Below, piece after piece: positions 13,437 to 26,684 of a DNA stretch of 64,000 nucleotides. The translations under genes and the position numbers were made by a program. The notes beneath the pieces are model-generated. The model worked only from the letters and a program-made list of their open reading frames with translations, did no database searches and was not told where the DNA came from. This DNA comes from Octopus vulgaris. Taxonomy: Eukaryota. The number at the start of each line of letters is the position of its first letter. Within the stretch, counting starts at the first letter, position 1. Where the stretch lies: assembly GCA_951406725.2 (NCBI GenBank), contig OX597816.1, forward strand, positions 152,892,001 through 152,956,000. Direction: 5' to 3'.

Positions 13437-13497
13437 TAATAAAACTTCGTTTCCGATGTTGGGGTAGAATTCTGCTCTAGCATCTCATCAGTTATTA
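13437..13497 (-). ncRNA. Type I hammerhead ribozyme-like motif
   Basis: Minus strand reads TAATAA-CTGATGA-GATG...CATC-G-GAAAC-GAA-GTT-TTATTA; stem I is TAATAA/TTATTA. Confidence 0.65.
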
Positions 13498-13961
13498 AGA
13501 AAAACAAAAATGCTGTGAAAATGACCGTTAAACAAAGGAAAATTACTATGTAGATGACCGTTGTTAAGACAAACAAAAGAGCTATTAGAATGACCGTTAA
13601 ATAAAGGGAAAAAACCCGAAAGGGAGAAAGTAAAAGACGCTCATAGAATTCGCGTATGCGCGCATGTACCTACATACACATGCGTGTACACACATGTACA
13701 CCCATGTACATGTGCCTATATGCATATGCTCGCTCACATTCGCGTGAAACACATACATGCACATTCACACACACGCCTATATGTGCACATATATATGCAA
13801 CCATACACATGTACACATATACATATCCGCACACACACTTACATATACCCATACGCGCACAATTATATTCATATATACGCGAATTCTATGAGCGATTTTT
13901 ACTTTCTCCCCTTCGAGATTTTCCCCTTTATTTAATGGTCATTTTCATAGCATTTATGTGT

Positions 13962-14024
13962 TAATAACTGACGAGATACCAGAGCAGATTTCCGTCCCGA
14001 CATCCGAAACTCGGAGTTTTATTA
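13962..14024 (+). ncRNA. Type I hammerhead ribozyme-like motif
   Basis: TAATAA-CTGACGA-GAT...ATC-C-GAAAC-TCGGA-GTT-TTATTA, with a 6-bp stem I and a GUU cleavage triplet. Confidence 0.65.
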
Positions 14025-14140
14025 TGGCAACCGAATAATTGTCACATATTATATTACATATATATATATATATGTGTGTGTGTGTGTATCTATGTATCTA
14101 TGTATGTATATATATACACACATACATGTATATAAATATG

Positions 14141-14195
<55 letters not shown>

Positions 14196-14196
<1 letters not shown>

Positions 14197-15366
14197 GGGG
14201 GTTGGACAAATTAATGGAAACACCTAGCATCCTAATTTTGAAATATCTATAAAACCGTCAAAAGCTTGTTTATTTTTGTTTGTTTGTTTATTTATTTATT
14301 TATTATTAGTGTTGCCCAATATGTTTTGCTAAAATTGCTGTTTCTTTTCGGATATCACCAGAAAAAGGTAATTAAAATTCATTCAAATGACAGATCTATC
14401 GGACTTTCAAAGAGGTCAAATTATTGGTGTTCGTATGACAGGCGCTAGCATAACGAAAACAGCCGAAATGTTTGGTGTATCACGGAGTACTGTCTCGAAA
14501 GTAATGACAGCTTTTGAGAAAGAGGGAAAAAACCTCCTCGTTGAAACAAAACTCCGGAAGAAAACCAAAACTTTCAGATAGGGACCGTCGCACTCTTACG
14601 CGAATTGTTAGGAATGATCACAAAAGTACAGCTCCCAAAATTACTGCAGAGCTTAATGACCACATCCAGAACCCAGTTTGTCGGGAGCTGCACAAAATCA
14701 GATTTCACGGGAGGGCTGCAATCAGAAAACCACAACTTTCAAAAACAAACGTTGCAAAGCGTTTAGAGTGGAGTAAAAACCTACAGAATTGGTCCCTAGA
14801 GCAGTGGAAGAATGTTATTTTCTCGGACGAGTCACTCTTTACCTCATTTCCGACCACCGGCCGAGTATATGTGTGGAGACAGCCAAAAGAAGCATTTGAC
14901 TCAGACTGGCTTCTTACAGCTGTTTAACATGGAGGAGGATCTGAAATGATCTGGGTGGCTATATCTTGGAAATCCGCCGGCTTAATGATTTCCCTTCATG
15001 GCATAATAAATAGTCAGGACTGTTGAAGCATTTTTCTTATCAAATTCATCCTATGTTTGCGGAACTGTTTCCGGAGGGAAACGCAATGTTTCAGAATCAT
15101 AATGCACCAATAATTCACACAACCAAAGTTGTTACTGAATGGCACGAGGAACATTCTAGTGAAGTTGAACATCTTATCTGGCCACCACAGTCCCCAGATA
15201 TCAATATTATTGAACATTTATGGTGCATTTTAGAAAAAGCAAGTAAGGAGTCGATATCCTCCACCATCATCACTACAAGAACAGGAGACTGTTTTAGCTG
15301 AAGAATAGACAAAAATTCTTTTGGAAACAATTCAAACTTTGTATGAGTCCATACCTCGTAGAATTC
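14196..15366 (+). mobile_element. Tc1-like DNA transposon, frameshifted transposase pseudogene, 3' end rearranged
   Basis: TA followed by the left TIR cgggggttggacaaattaatggaaacacct. Protein segments include MTDLSDFQRGQIIG (HTH), GRKPKLSDRDRR, WKNVIFSDES and WPPQSPDINIIEHLW. Confidence 0.95.
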
Positions 15367-15508
15367 AGGGGTTGGACAAAATAATGGAAACACTTTAAAA
15401 TTTCAAACAAATTTATTTTAATACTAGCAGCTAAGCCCGGTTTCCCCCGGTCTGTTTGAATGATGTGGCTGTGATCGTTTTCGGTTAGGCATAATCTATA
15501 ACAGCGTT

Positions 15509-15592
<84 letters not shown>

Positions 15593-16010
15593 CGGTCCTC
15601 CTGTTTCGATTGGACCCTCCAACTGTATGAAAATTTCCTGATCCCCACTCAGAAAACAGCTTCGGGAGTTATGAAGAACAAATTTGTACGTAGTCTGTTT
15701 CTGAGAGCTATACTATTGGACCTCTGTCTAATCGTTAAAACATTGGGCGATCTTTCGATATGGGAACACACGACTGTCACTTACAAACCACTTATAAACC
15801 ACATGTGTTTATTTACATTTTTGAAGATGATCGTCGGTTTCCGTAAAAAGTTTATATTTTTTTAATATGGCGCTGGGTGGAAAGGGGATCTTTTGAAGTC
15901 GGCATGAAAGCGAAAGAAACAGAGAGAGCGCTATTGTACGAGTGAAGTTCTTTTGAAGGTGGCGTGAAGCGGAAGAATTGGTGTGTGTGCATGCGTACGT
16001 GCATGCGTGT

Positions 16011-16053
<43 letters not shown>

Positions 16054-17118
16054 ATGGGGTGTGCGAGACAGAATGTGTGGTGTGTATAGGAATTGCTTTT
16101 GTTTGTGGGTGTGAAGAGACAGAGAGAGTAATGTTGCTGGTGTGTGTGTATATGAGAGAGATAGAAAGAAAGAGAGATAGAGATAGAGAGAGAGAGAGAG
16201 AGAACTGAAATTGTTTATTCACTTTTTGTAATGAGTGAATGACAGAGAAAAAGCGAGAGAGAGGGGTTATGTATATATGTATGCATGTATGTATGTATGT
16301 ATGTATGTATGTATGTATGTATGTATGTATGCACGTATGTATGTATGTATGTATGTATGTATATATGTATGTATGGCTTCAGTGACACACACATACACAC
16401 ACACACGCACACACGCATCTGGTTGTTATGTATGTATGTAAGTATGTATCTATGTATGCCCAAGAGAGAGTTAACATAAATTTTGTTATTCACTTTTTGT
16501 AGTGAGTAAATGTGTGAGTGACTGATAGAGAAAAGGAGAGAAAGGTTATGTATGTATGTATGTATGAATGACTTTGGTTGACTGTCATCCTGTACTCCCC
16601 TTGTTGCTAGCGAATTGGTATATGCCGGTTGTGTGAGCAACTGGCTGTTTTAATGGCAGGAGAATTACATTAGAATAAGTTTTAATCGATTTTCTCGGTA
16701 ACTATGGGGGGTGGGTGAAATACAAACCGCATTCTAATGTATGCATCCGTCTCCACATGTGTGCCATTTTTCACGCGAATCCTCCCAGCCGTTTGGCTGT
16801 GAACCTCAAGACAAGATAGAATACAACGATCGCCCATGTCCAATTTATATTATAGATGAGGTAGGACGACCTTTGGCAATAATTACAGCTTGAATTCAGA
16901 GTTCCTCCTCCTTGTTTAACAGTTGAAAGAAGGCAGTCTGAGTCAAATGCCTCTCTTGGCTGTCCTTACACGTATACTCAGCCGGCGGACGGAAATGAGG
17001 TAAATTTCTCGTCCGAGAAAATTACATTCTTCCACTGCTCTAGGGACCAATTCTGTAGGTTTTTACTCCACTCTAAACGCTTTGCAACGTTTATTTTTGA
17101 AAGTTGTAGTTTTCTAAT
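15366..17118 (-). mobile_element. Inverted Tc1 pieces: right TIR plus terminal segment (15366-15423 and 16857-16898) and an internal fragment (about 16905-17118), split by a Helitron
   Basis: caggggttggacaaaataatggaaacac...aaatttattttaata is the reverse complement of the right end seen at 57757-57811. 16905-17118 is the reverse complement of about 14720-14940. Confidence 0.85.
15424..16856 (-). mobile_element. Non-autonomous Helitron
   Basis: On the minus strand it starts TC (tctataatataaa) and ends with a GC hairpin (ccgggggaaaccgg) plus CTAG. It is inserted between A and T of the Tc1 sequence with no target duplication. Confidence 0.85.
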
Positions 17119-17363
17119 ACAACGAAATCTGAAACTTCACAAATGGTTATAGTATGTTTCTAAGTTTCCCGATTCCGATATTTAGACGATTATTTTATGA
17201 AAAACGTAACATAAATTTGTATGTTGTATGAAAATGTTTGAATGGCTAAGTAAAACGATCTCATTGGTTAAAAATATAACCACTAATTATTTAAAGAAAT
17301 ATAAAGTGAGAATCTATTTATTATGAAAATAATTTTACGCAAAATGATAAATGAATTTTTTAT

Positions 17364-17404
17364 TAGTTTCAGCTCAAGAGCTACGGCCATGCTGGGGCAC
17401 CGCT
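17364..17404 (-). mobile_element. Isolated CR1-like LINE 3' tail
   Basis: agtttcagctcaagagctacggccatgctggggcaccgc matches the tails at 53473-53515 and 54937-54976. Confidence 0.7.
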
Positions 17405-18500
17405 GTTAAACTTATATATAAATATAAAAAAAAACAAGTATGAAAAGAACATGTAAATATGTTATAGAATATATAAATTAAAAGTTGAGTATGCATAATA
17501 ATATATAATTGCGAATAATATAAGTTAATATTTTCTGATGTCCTTAAAGTCTATAAATCTCCAGAAACGAATATGATAAAGCCCTTTGTGTTGAAATCAC
17601 TTGTTCAGGGTACATAGTTGGAAAGTAAAGACTTCGAAGTGTTCCTACAACTGATCAACATCTCAGACTGTAAGTTAAACGAGATTTAACTTACACCGGT
17701 AATTCCTAAAACTGCCATGGAGATTCGCAGAAGCATGTTTATTTAGTTGTAAATACTCTTAAATTTGTTCTGTCTAATATCCAGATATGTTTAGAAAGTT
17801 GTTTTATAAATTGCTCTCTGGATTCCTAAATGACTGAATATTTTGATTTAAATAAATCGTTGCACCTTAAGACAATATATGTAAGGAGAAACTTATTCGC
17901 TAAATATAAACAGTGATAAATTACATAGATTTGGAAAAGATCTTATAAACATTTTGTAAAACACATAATTATAATCGATACTAATTTTAGTATAGTCAAC
18001 TATTAGGTAATTTCTTTTTAATTACGAAAAAACGTTTTTTTAGTCATGTACAAAAATAAACATAAAATTAGCTGAAGACATCTGGTAATTAAAATAAAAA
18101 GCTTTAGGCTACAACATTAAATGGAAATTCATTGGAAGATTCAAACCATGCAAAAGAAAAATGGAAACCGAAGGTGTGATCATCGTAGAGCAGAGAACAG
18201 GAAAATTCTCAAATATTTACATAACCGACATCTCAATTTAACCACGAGATATAAACTATAGCAAGATTACTATCGACTACAATTCATAAAAAGTGTTTCT
18301 CTTTATGCTCTTACAAGGTCTTTTCTAAATCTGACATTTATAGACCTATTGCAGAAATGCACACCCGCTGTAGAACTGGGAAACCCTTTTTATTGGATAG
18401 AAATCACATAAATGGTATGTATGTATGTATGTATGTATGTATGTATCTAAAAACAATGAATAATACTGAATAAATTATACTTTCTAAAACAACACATACT

Positions 18501-18550
<50 letters not shown>

Positions 18551-19887
18551 TTATACGCATACATTTATAAATATATATGCATACATATATATACACATAT
18601 ACATAGATACATAGATACACATACAGATATATACATTCACAACAGCGGATAATTTATTTTAGGTACAACTCCCGGTAAGATAAAATTACAGGTTAAATGT
18701 GGAGTAAGATTTTTTGTGAGGAATTAGACGGATGAATATTTTATAATGACCTGCGGTTTCATTCGGTTGAGAATGTCTGAACTAGTAGATACGCGCGCGC
18801 GTAAAAAACACACAATAGTAAGTACTTATTTTTCTATATATTATTATGAATATTTGAACGTATGACTATAATAATTTAGCATAAAGGTATTTCGTCATAT
18901 TTTGTAGTATTTTTACACACCTTTGCAACAGCCTTTAGAAAGAAGTTTATAGCTTTAACTTTTATTGTTTGGGCGTCTGTATCAATGCTGAACGAAGTTT
19001 TAACTGTAGTAAATAGTCTATCTCAAAATATATTAACTGTTGAGGCGTGTATTGAATTTAACTATTTTCGAAATGTGAAGTCACAATAAATCAACGCAAC
19101 AAAAATGTAAACTGAAGTAAAATGTTGGGTGTGGATGGAGGCCTTTTGAAAGAAGGGCGGTGGAAAAAAATATGGAAAAGGCATAGAGAGAATGAAGAGA
19201 GAAGGGGTTGATGGAGGAAGAGAGGAAGAAGTAATAGATTAAGAGAGGGAGATATAAATGCATTGCATATACAAACAAACATATATTAGACTTCCACTGA
19301 CTCACTTCTGAGACAAACTACCCTCAAGAAATAATTACAACACCTTTATCAAATAATGTGCGTGAGTATTTTTTAAAAGAATATCTTAGATAATGAATCT
19401 GAAACATGAGTGTAGTAGCTACAATGCGGTTGGCCAAAGAGTCACTTGAACGCAGTTGATCTGGGGTTGAGTGACTGCAACAGAATAATGATCGAAATAC
19501 GCTTTTGAACTCGATATGTCAAAGTATATCAGCAAAAACACTAGCCCAAATGTGACACGGTATTCTATACAAAGATAAATAAAAGACATAAAGATGAAGA
19601 ATACATTCGAAGAAAAGATATCGGCAAGCGCGAAACAGAGAGCCAAACTTAATAGCGGCTGATTTAGCAATAAATTTAATATAATAATTCCAAGTAAAAA
19701 AATTAAAACCTAAAAGGCAGGCCTAGAATTTTCTGGAAGCTCATATCAAACACAGAAATACGAATATTATAAATGTTCCTGTAACGATTAATAGAAACAA
19801 GTGTCATCAGTAATGAGTGCAAGGTTGGACATGATATCATCCAGATCATCAATTAAAACTGAAAACCAAATAGGAATAAGAATGTAA

Positions 19888-20333
19888 GGTGCTACATTGG
19901 TATGCGATCTACGTAGCCAACGTTTATCTGCAAGAGCCAAATTCTACTTTAGTATGCGATCTACATGCTTCATTTATTTATTATGGCTTAAATAAAACAT
20001 TCTTACATTTTTATACATTTATTTAAAAAAATTAAAATCAAGCAGATTTGAAACAAATTTACTCATTTTATGGGCGAATCGAACGAACATCAGCTAGAAA
20101 AGTAAAAAATAGAGAATTAAAATTTTTATACATTTTATACATTTATTATTAAAAAGAAATTAGAATGAAGTAAATTTGAAACAAGTTTACTAATTTTATC
20201 GGTGATTCGAATGAACATCAACTAGAAAAGCTGTTCTTGATAAGTATAACTTTTCTTGTAGATCACAGTATAAAGTGTAGATCGCATACCAAAACAGTTT
20301 CATGACACGTAGATCGCATACAAAAGTAGCACC
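19888..20333. mobile_element. MITE with about 28-bp TIRs and subterminal GTATGCGATCTAC repeats
   Basis: ggtgctacattggtatgcgatctacgt pairs with acgtagatcgcatacaaaagtagcacc. The motif occurs twice per end, and there is an internal duplication of about 120 bp. Confidence 0.8.
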
Positions 20334-20822
20334 GAATGCAATTTTAAGAGACACCAAATGACATACTGTAAGCAGAAAAGTGCTGATCATTTAAAACAAA
20401 GCTACGATAATCCAGAACAGAGACTAAGACCTTAAAGAACTTACTGAGGATTCATGACTTATGCTTGTAGGTGTAGGCCACAATGTTACTGTCAAACAAT
20501 CCCCACAAGTCAAGGGCAACAATACTTGCCTCAACACAATTACTTCTCTCCCTCTCTATTCTCCTGACGCTCTGTCTTTTTCTCTCAGTCTATCTGTCTA
20601 CACACTCACACACCATTCACACACACGCGCACACACACACACACAAATGCGTATATATAGTATGCAACATACGCATTTGTGTATGCAGCATATATGCGCA
20701 TTGGTATATATAGCATATAATATTATATATACATTATATATATATCATGTATGTAGAAATACATACCACATATGATATATTATTGCTATTATTGTTGTTG
20801 TTGATATCATCATCATCAACAC

Positions 20823-20877
20823 TATTATTATTACTATTACAATTATTATTATTATTATATTATTATTATTATTATTA

Positions 20878-20957
<80 letters not shown>

Positions 20958-20978
20958 GTTATTATAATTATTATTATT
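20823..20978. repeat. (ATT)n microsatellite
   Basis: Read directly from the sequence. Confidence 0.95.
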
Positions 20979-21329
20979 CGCTTGAATGAACTCATAGTGT
21001 CGAAGGGATGAGTCATCGAGTTCAAATAGATAAAAACGTCAACAGTATATGTAATGTACATGATACACACATATACATGCATTTGTATGAATGTGTTTAT
21101 AGTTGTGTGCAAATACATACATTTACACATACAGGTATGCGCATATTTGTAGCAACGACTTTGTCCCAAAATAAAGCTAATAAATGTTTGCATGTATGTC
21201 TGTATGTGAATAAATGCATTGTGAGTAATGACTGTCTGATTTGACATGCCGATTCAGCTGGTCAAATATCTATTTTGTACCCTCGTTTATATATATGTGT
21301 GTGCGTGCATATATATATTTCAAAATATA

Positions 21330-21522
21330 ACCACATGTGAATCGTTGGCGATTTTCTTCCCCCGTCTTCCTTTCTATCGGACTTTCCTCCGTTTCTGAAG
21401 ACGAGCGTTTCTCGAAACGTTAAACCATCTTTCTTTCCTTCCTTGAGTGTCTCCTAATATTTTACAGTACCACGTACTCGCATTGTTGTTTTTTGTTTGT
21501 TGTTCTTTTTTGTGATTTACTA
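21330..21522 (+). mobile_element. Solo Penelope-type pseudo-LTR ending at (TA)n
   Basis: Homologous in the opposite orientation to 31135-31330, and carries a minimal hammerhead. Confidence 0.65.
21391..21425 (+). ncRNA. Minimal type I hammerhead with canonical core
   Basis: GTTT-CTGAAGA-C-GAG-CGTTT-CTC-GAAAC-GTT-AAAC; stem I is GTTT/AAAC and stem III is the loop-less palindrome AACGTT. Confidence 0.7.
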
Positions 21523-21544
21523 TATATATATATATATATATCCT

Positions 21545-21965
21545 TTGATACTTTGATAGATTTCTACCTGTATTGGCCCAGGCCATGTCTAACTTAATAG
21601 CACCCCTTGACAAAGTCATTCATATCCGGATCCGGACATCATAGCTCACTGAAGTAGAGAGTTATTGTGTACGGAGACATATCCAGGTGTTGGAGTTTAT
21701 CCGGGATTTCTTGAAGGAATTTGCACAAAGACTTCTTGAACTTTATGTGGTCTGTTTCTGTTTTAATGTGCTTTGGTGTAATGTTAAAGAGAGTGGAGCC
21801 AATTGAGGTGAAAATAATTTTGGTGTATTGTTGTAATGAGAGCATTGGCATCAAACTCATTCCCCAAATTCCACAAATCAGAGGAAGTTTCAAATAATGG
21901 TGTAGCACAGCCAACGGTGATGCCCCAGAATGGCTGCAGCTTTAAAGCTGAAACAAGTTAGAAAG
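21545..21965 (-). mobile_element. CR1-like LINE 3' fragment, followed by a short + strand LINE tail at about 21915-21965
   Basis: SIGSTLFNITPKHIK...FKKSLCKFLQEIPD resembles GSQLFNILPKSLR...FKSKLDIFLSRVP in the copy at 55 kb. Confidence 0.7.
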
Positions 21966-22017
21966 TTAATGAGTTATACGTATGTCTATGTATGTATATA
22001 TATATATATATATATAT

Positions 22018-22260
22018 TCTTTTACTTGTTTCAGTCAGTTATTGTGGCCATGCTGGAGCACCGCCTTTAGTCGAGCAAATCGACCCCAGGACTTATTCTT
22101 TGTAAGCCTAGTACTTATTCTATCGGTCTCTTTTGCCGAACCGCTAAGTTACAGGAACGTAAACACACCAATATTGGTTGTCAAGCGATGTTGGGGGGAC
22201 AAACACAGACACACAAGCACACACACATATATAGATACATATATTCGACGGGCTTCTTTA
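22018..22260 (-). mobile_element. SINE family B, 3' half
   Basis: tttacttgtttcagtc...tggccatgctggagcaccgcc...gtaagcctagtacttattc, homologous to 58670-59100. Confidence 0.85.
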
Positions 22261-22328
22261 TGTAGTGACAGTCCTGTTCCATAATTGACAACTGTTGTCT
22301 ATTGTGGAACATGACTATCACTACATAA

Positions 22329-22387
<59 letters not shown>

Positions 22388-22419
22388 CGCGCGCGTGTGT
22401 GTGCATCAGAAAAATTGTT

Positions 22420-22734
22420 AATATACGCAGGGCTTAAATGTCAGTACCATTGTATACACAGAAATGTTGAAAAAAGTTGTTAGGCTCTGGATAGACAAAG
22501 TACAGGACAAAACTCAGCGCCCTCTCAGAATTGATAAAAATCATTTGATTCTGGCATGTCAACGCTTCCGACCCCGTATTGAAGTAGCCATTGATGTAAC
22601 GGTGGATTCATTGAATACGTGTGATAAAAGGATTCTCAAGATTATTTGTACTAAAGTGATTACAAATACAGTTTTTCTTTGTTGAGCTACGCATCTTTTT
22701 CTAAATTTATACAAATGACTTAAAACAAATTCAC

Positions 22735-22739
<5 letters not shown>
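22420..22739 (+). mobile_element. Tc1/mariner 3' remnant
   Basis: ACQRFRPRIEVAIDV resembles a transposase C-terminus; it ends in CACCCTG, the reverse of a CAGGGTG TIR. Confidence 0.55.
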
Positions 22740-22810
<71 letters not shown>

Positions 22811-23741
22811 TGTGTGTGTGAGTGTAAAAAATGCAAAAAAATGAAGAAGGATGTCCGAAAATTTAAGTGGATTACCAGCAGCTTAAATTAACTACTAAAT
22901 GAAGATTGCAAATAACTAGGGATGAATAAGCAACACAGACTACAACACAAAAAATGAAAGAGGCAATAAAACCAAGAGACAATGGTTTATAGATACTTTA
23001 GAAAAAAGTTTCTGAAGTCAGAAATAAACGTCTCGAAGACGTAATAGGTATTAGAATATCAGAAGTGCCAAAAATAAGCTATAACTTTAATGAAAAGTGA
23101 GAGATGTTATAGGATTAAACAGCAAAGATAAGAAGTTGAGCGTATTTAGAATGCACCAATCAAATGTAGGCATTGGCTAGCTATATTTATCGTAGAGGAA
23201 ACCATAATTAGGAAACTGATATGACGATTGTAAGATTAGATAAATATTTAGCAGAAAATAGTAAGACGTTAATAAGTGAAAAGATGTATGAGTTACATAA
23301 GAAATAATTCGTTTTAAAAATAAAATCGTCGTTAGGCACATAACATATCCGTAAAACATCGGGTGATATATAGTAGTGTTAATCCGCCATCTTGTTTACC
23401 GCCACCATGTTGCTCTTGGATGCACAAAACGAGTATTTGGACCAGATCTTCGGTATGAGGAGAATTGCACTGCTTCCTTCTGCGTCGTGGTTTATTCCCC
23501 TTTTCCCCACCAGTTTCTGATATCTTGTAAAGTTCATGACCCTACCCTCTCTCCTCTGACTAGCTCATAAAGATAAGTCATATCATAAGGAATATCTTTA
23601 AAAAGACTAAAATATATATATGAGCTTCCCTCTACAAACTAGAAACATTCGTAGATGAGGTTAAAGCAATACAGTGTAAAACAACACATTCCAACGGTAC
23701 AAGAACAATGACAAGAATAACGACACGAGCAGTAATAATAA

Positions 23742-23955
23742 TCCTTTCTACTACAGGCACAAAGCCTGAAATTTAGGTGGTGGCTGGTTAAGCGATTACA
23801 CCGACCCCAGTACTTAACTGGTACTTATTTTATCAATGCCGAAAGGAGAAAAGGCTAAGTCGACTTTGGCTTGATTTGAACTCAGAACGTATAGATGGAA
23901 GAAATACTGCCAAGCATTTTTCCCGGCGTGTTAACGATTCTCACCTCACCGCCTT
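23742..23955 (-). mobile_element. SINE family A copy
   Basis: Reverse complement of the 46290-46505 unit. Confidence 0.85.
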
Positions 23956-23962
23956 AACAATT

Positions 23963-24042
<80 letters not shown>

Positions 24043-24551
24043 AAGAAGAATATTAAAAATATAAACTTACAGAGTAAATAGATCCTTGAGGGTATCCTTG
24101 TCTTCAATGTTTGGAAAGTCAAAGACACGTAAGCGATCTGGTAAATCCATAGTAACTGTTGTGGGGAACACTTTCATAGTTTTATGCCTCTCTAAGTCTG
24201 ATGGTATCCTCCTGAAATAGAAACGAAGGTGGTGTGACAGGAAATACAAATCTCCGCGCGCGCGTGTGAGTGGTCAACAACAAGAACTGGCCAACGGCCA
24301 GTCCTATCAAATCTTCACTCTATGTGCCGTATACTGTTAACGAGATATTAATTTTCCGTCAAACATTCTACCAGTAACAAATATTTCTTATACTAGTTGT
24401 TAATATTGATTTCTCTCTCAGGCACAATGCTGTATCGAATAATTCTACATCAGTGAATTATTGGTAGTTATGAGCCTCGGAAATACTAAGAGTAGAAACT
24501 GTCTTTGAAAGTCCGGTGCTCTGTAGTTTCATTCTATTGTCTTCTCTCTCA

Positions 24552-24654
24552 TGGGGCAGCGTGCTGGCAGAATCGCTACCGTGCCGGTCAAAATGCTTAG
24601 TGGCAATTTGTCCGTCTTTACATTCTGAATTCCAGTATCACCAGGGTCGACTTA

Positions 24655-24685
<31 letters not shown>

Positions 24686-24715
24686 AAGAAGAAGAAGAAG
24701 AAGAAGAAGAAGAAG

Positions 24716-24743
<28 letters not shown>
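24552..24743 (+). mobile_element. SINE family A head fragment followed by (AAG)n
   Basis: gctggcagaatcg...aaatgcttag...ttctgaattc...ggtcgactt, then about 29 AAG units. Confidence 0.7.
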
Positions 24744-24746
<3 letters not shown>

Positions 24747-25315
24747 GTTACGATGGGCTGATGAGTTCAAAAGGGAAAGGGAATAGTACTATTCACGACT
24801 ACTAGTGACTTTAAGAACTTTATATCATGCATATGAATAAAAGAAATATATGGAAATATTTGTATGCTCTTCACTGTTTAATGTATCGACAACGAAAGTA
24901 ATTCATGAACCACAAACCAACAAGAGAATCTCTACATGGTTGCTCAACCTGTTATCGATAGCATGCAAATGTCTCTCAAAACTACATACCACTGTCTTAA
25001 AAACGAAGGACGCATTACATTAACGTATTTTTGTAAACATTGTCGTGGAATAAAAGATTGGATGGGAACACTGGAACATCTTTGATTATACGTTTGCTCA
25101 GCCTATGTGGACCTGGGGTTAAACTAAACTTATAACTCATGGCCACTAAAAGCTTCAGTTTTCCAGTCCCTCGAGTCAATCTCTTTATTGTTATGAGCAA
25201 CGGGGCTATATAATTGTGTACTGAGTGTAAGTAAACACAGCTATATGTAAAATTTTGAGGCGTGGGAACCTCCTCAATATCGCCGGTCCTGCAAACAATA
25301 GCAGCGAATTCTCCC

Positions 25316-25358
<43 letters not shown>

Positions 25359-25373
25359 TATGCATATATATAC

Positions 25374-25477
<104 letters not shown>

Positions 25478-25595
25478 TAAGATTCAGTTGAATTAGGTAC
25501 TTAAATTGAGGCACCTTGCCAGTTCGGTATCGTCCGCACAGCTCCAAGTTAGGTGAACAGAATATAAATAAGTAACAAGGATGTATAGGCGTCAA

Positions 25596-25682
25596 TACAT
25601 TACGGTCGTTTCAAGCGGCTCCATTTAATTGATCAATGAAAACATTACATCAATTTGAAAGAAACCGCTCTCTTCAGACGCA
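25596..25682 (-). ncRNA. Type I hammerhead ribozyme-like motif with long stem II
   Basis: Minus strand reads TGCGT-CTGAAGA-GAGCGGTTTC...GGAGCCGCTT-GAAAC-GACC-GTA-ATGTA. Confidence 0.7.
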
Positions 25683-26627
25683 GATGGCCATATATATTTC
25701 AAACACAAAGGATAAATCCTTTTTAATAAATTTACATCAGTAATAGAAACCAAAATAATTACATTGATATCTTGTGTTATATCTGTGCCAGAATGATTTT
25801 AGAAAATAAAGCATATCTTACTAAGCCGACTATAATTTAGGGAGTAGCAGAGGAAAATACTGGAGGTCAAGATATAGCACTGGTATCGTAGTTATTTATA
25901 TTTAGATGATTTTACGCCGCATACAGTCTTCAACCATTTAGAATTAAATCCATTTGGAGTTGTCAACTGTATCCTATCTAGTTGATGGTGATAAATCAAT
26001 TAATGTCAGACAATCTCCCAGAAACTCATTGTACCGGAACCATATATCTAGCTTTATCTACATAAAAGGATATGTCGCAGAGCTGCTATTAAGAGAATGA
26101 CTGATGGGGAAGAGGTGGTAATTAAAAGAAGAAAGGATAGGAGTGGCCAATATATTTTCTAACTGGCTATCGACACACTGTTTGTGTCCTTATAGTATTT
26201 GCAAAGGAAGTCATCGTTCCCATCTCTAGCCTTACGTGATACTCACAGATCTAGGTTTCTGAATGTTATCCGTCCTCAGTGTGAGACAACCACAAGCTAG
26301 TGATGAAAGCTCTCTCTTCAGTTGCAAATATTATATAAGTTTTAAGCGACACACAGTCGCTGATCTCGTATAGAGAAAAACAATTTGAGCGGGAGATATA
26401 CAGTAACAGTACCGGATAGTAATGTTTATATACCGACCGAATGTGGCAGTATATATATATTTATATAAAACCCAATTGTTGTATTTAATTTGTGTATCTC
26501 TGTATGTATGTGTAATAAGGGTGGCTTGTTCGTAATTTTACAGCCAAAAGACAGTTTTAACACTTATTTCTAGTAATACTGGCACTGATTAGTGCCCTCA
26601 GTTACCTTAGTGACGTACATATATATA

Positions 26628-26684
<57 letters not shown>

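Larger units (their letters stand above)
13405..14058. mobile_element. Inverted pair of Penelope-type pseudo-LTRs, each with a hammerhead motif
   Basis: Arms 13405-13657 and 13875-14058 are diverged reverse complements, separated by a CA/TA-rich spacer. Confidence 0.8.
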
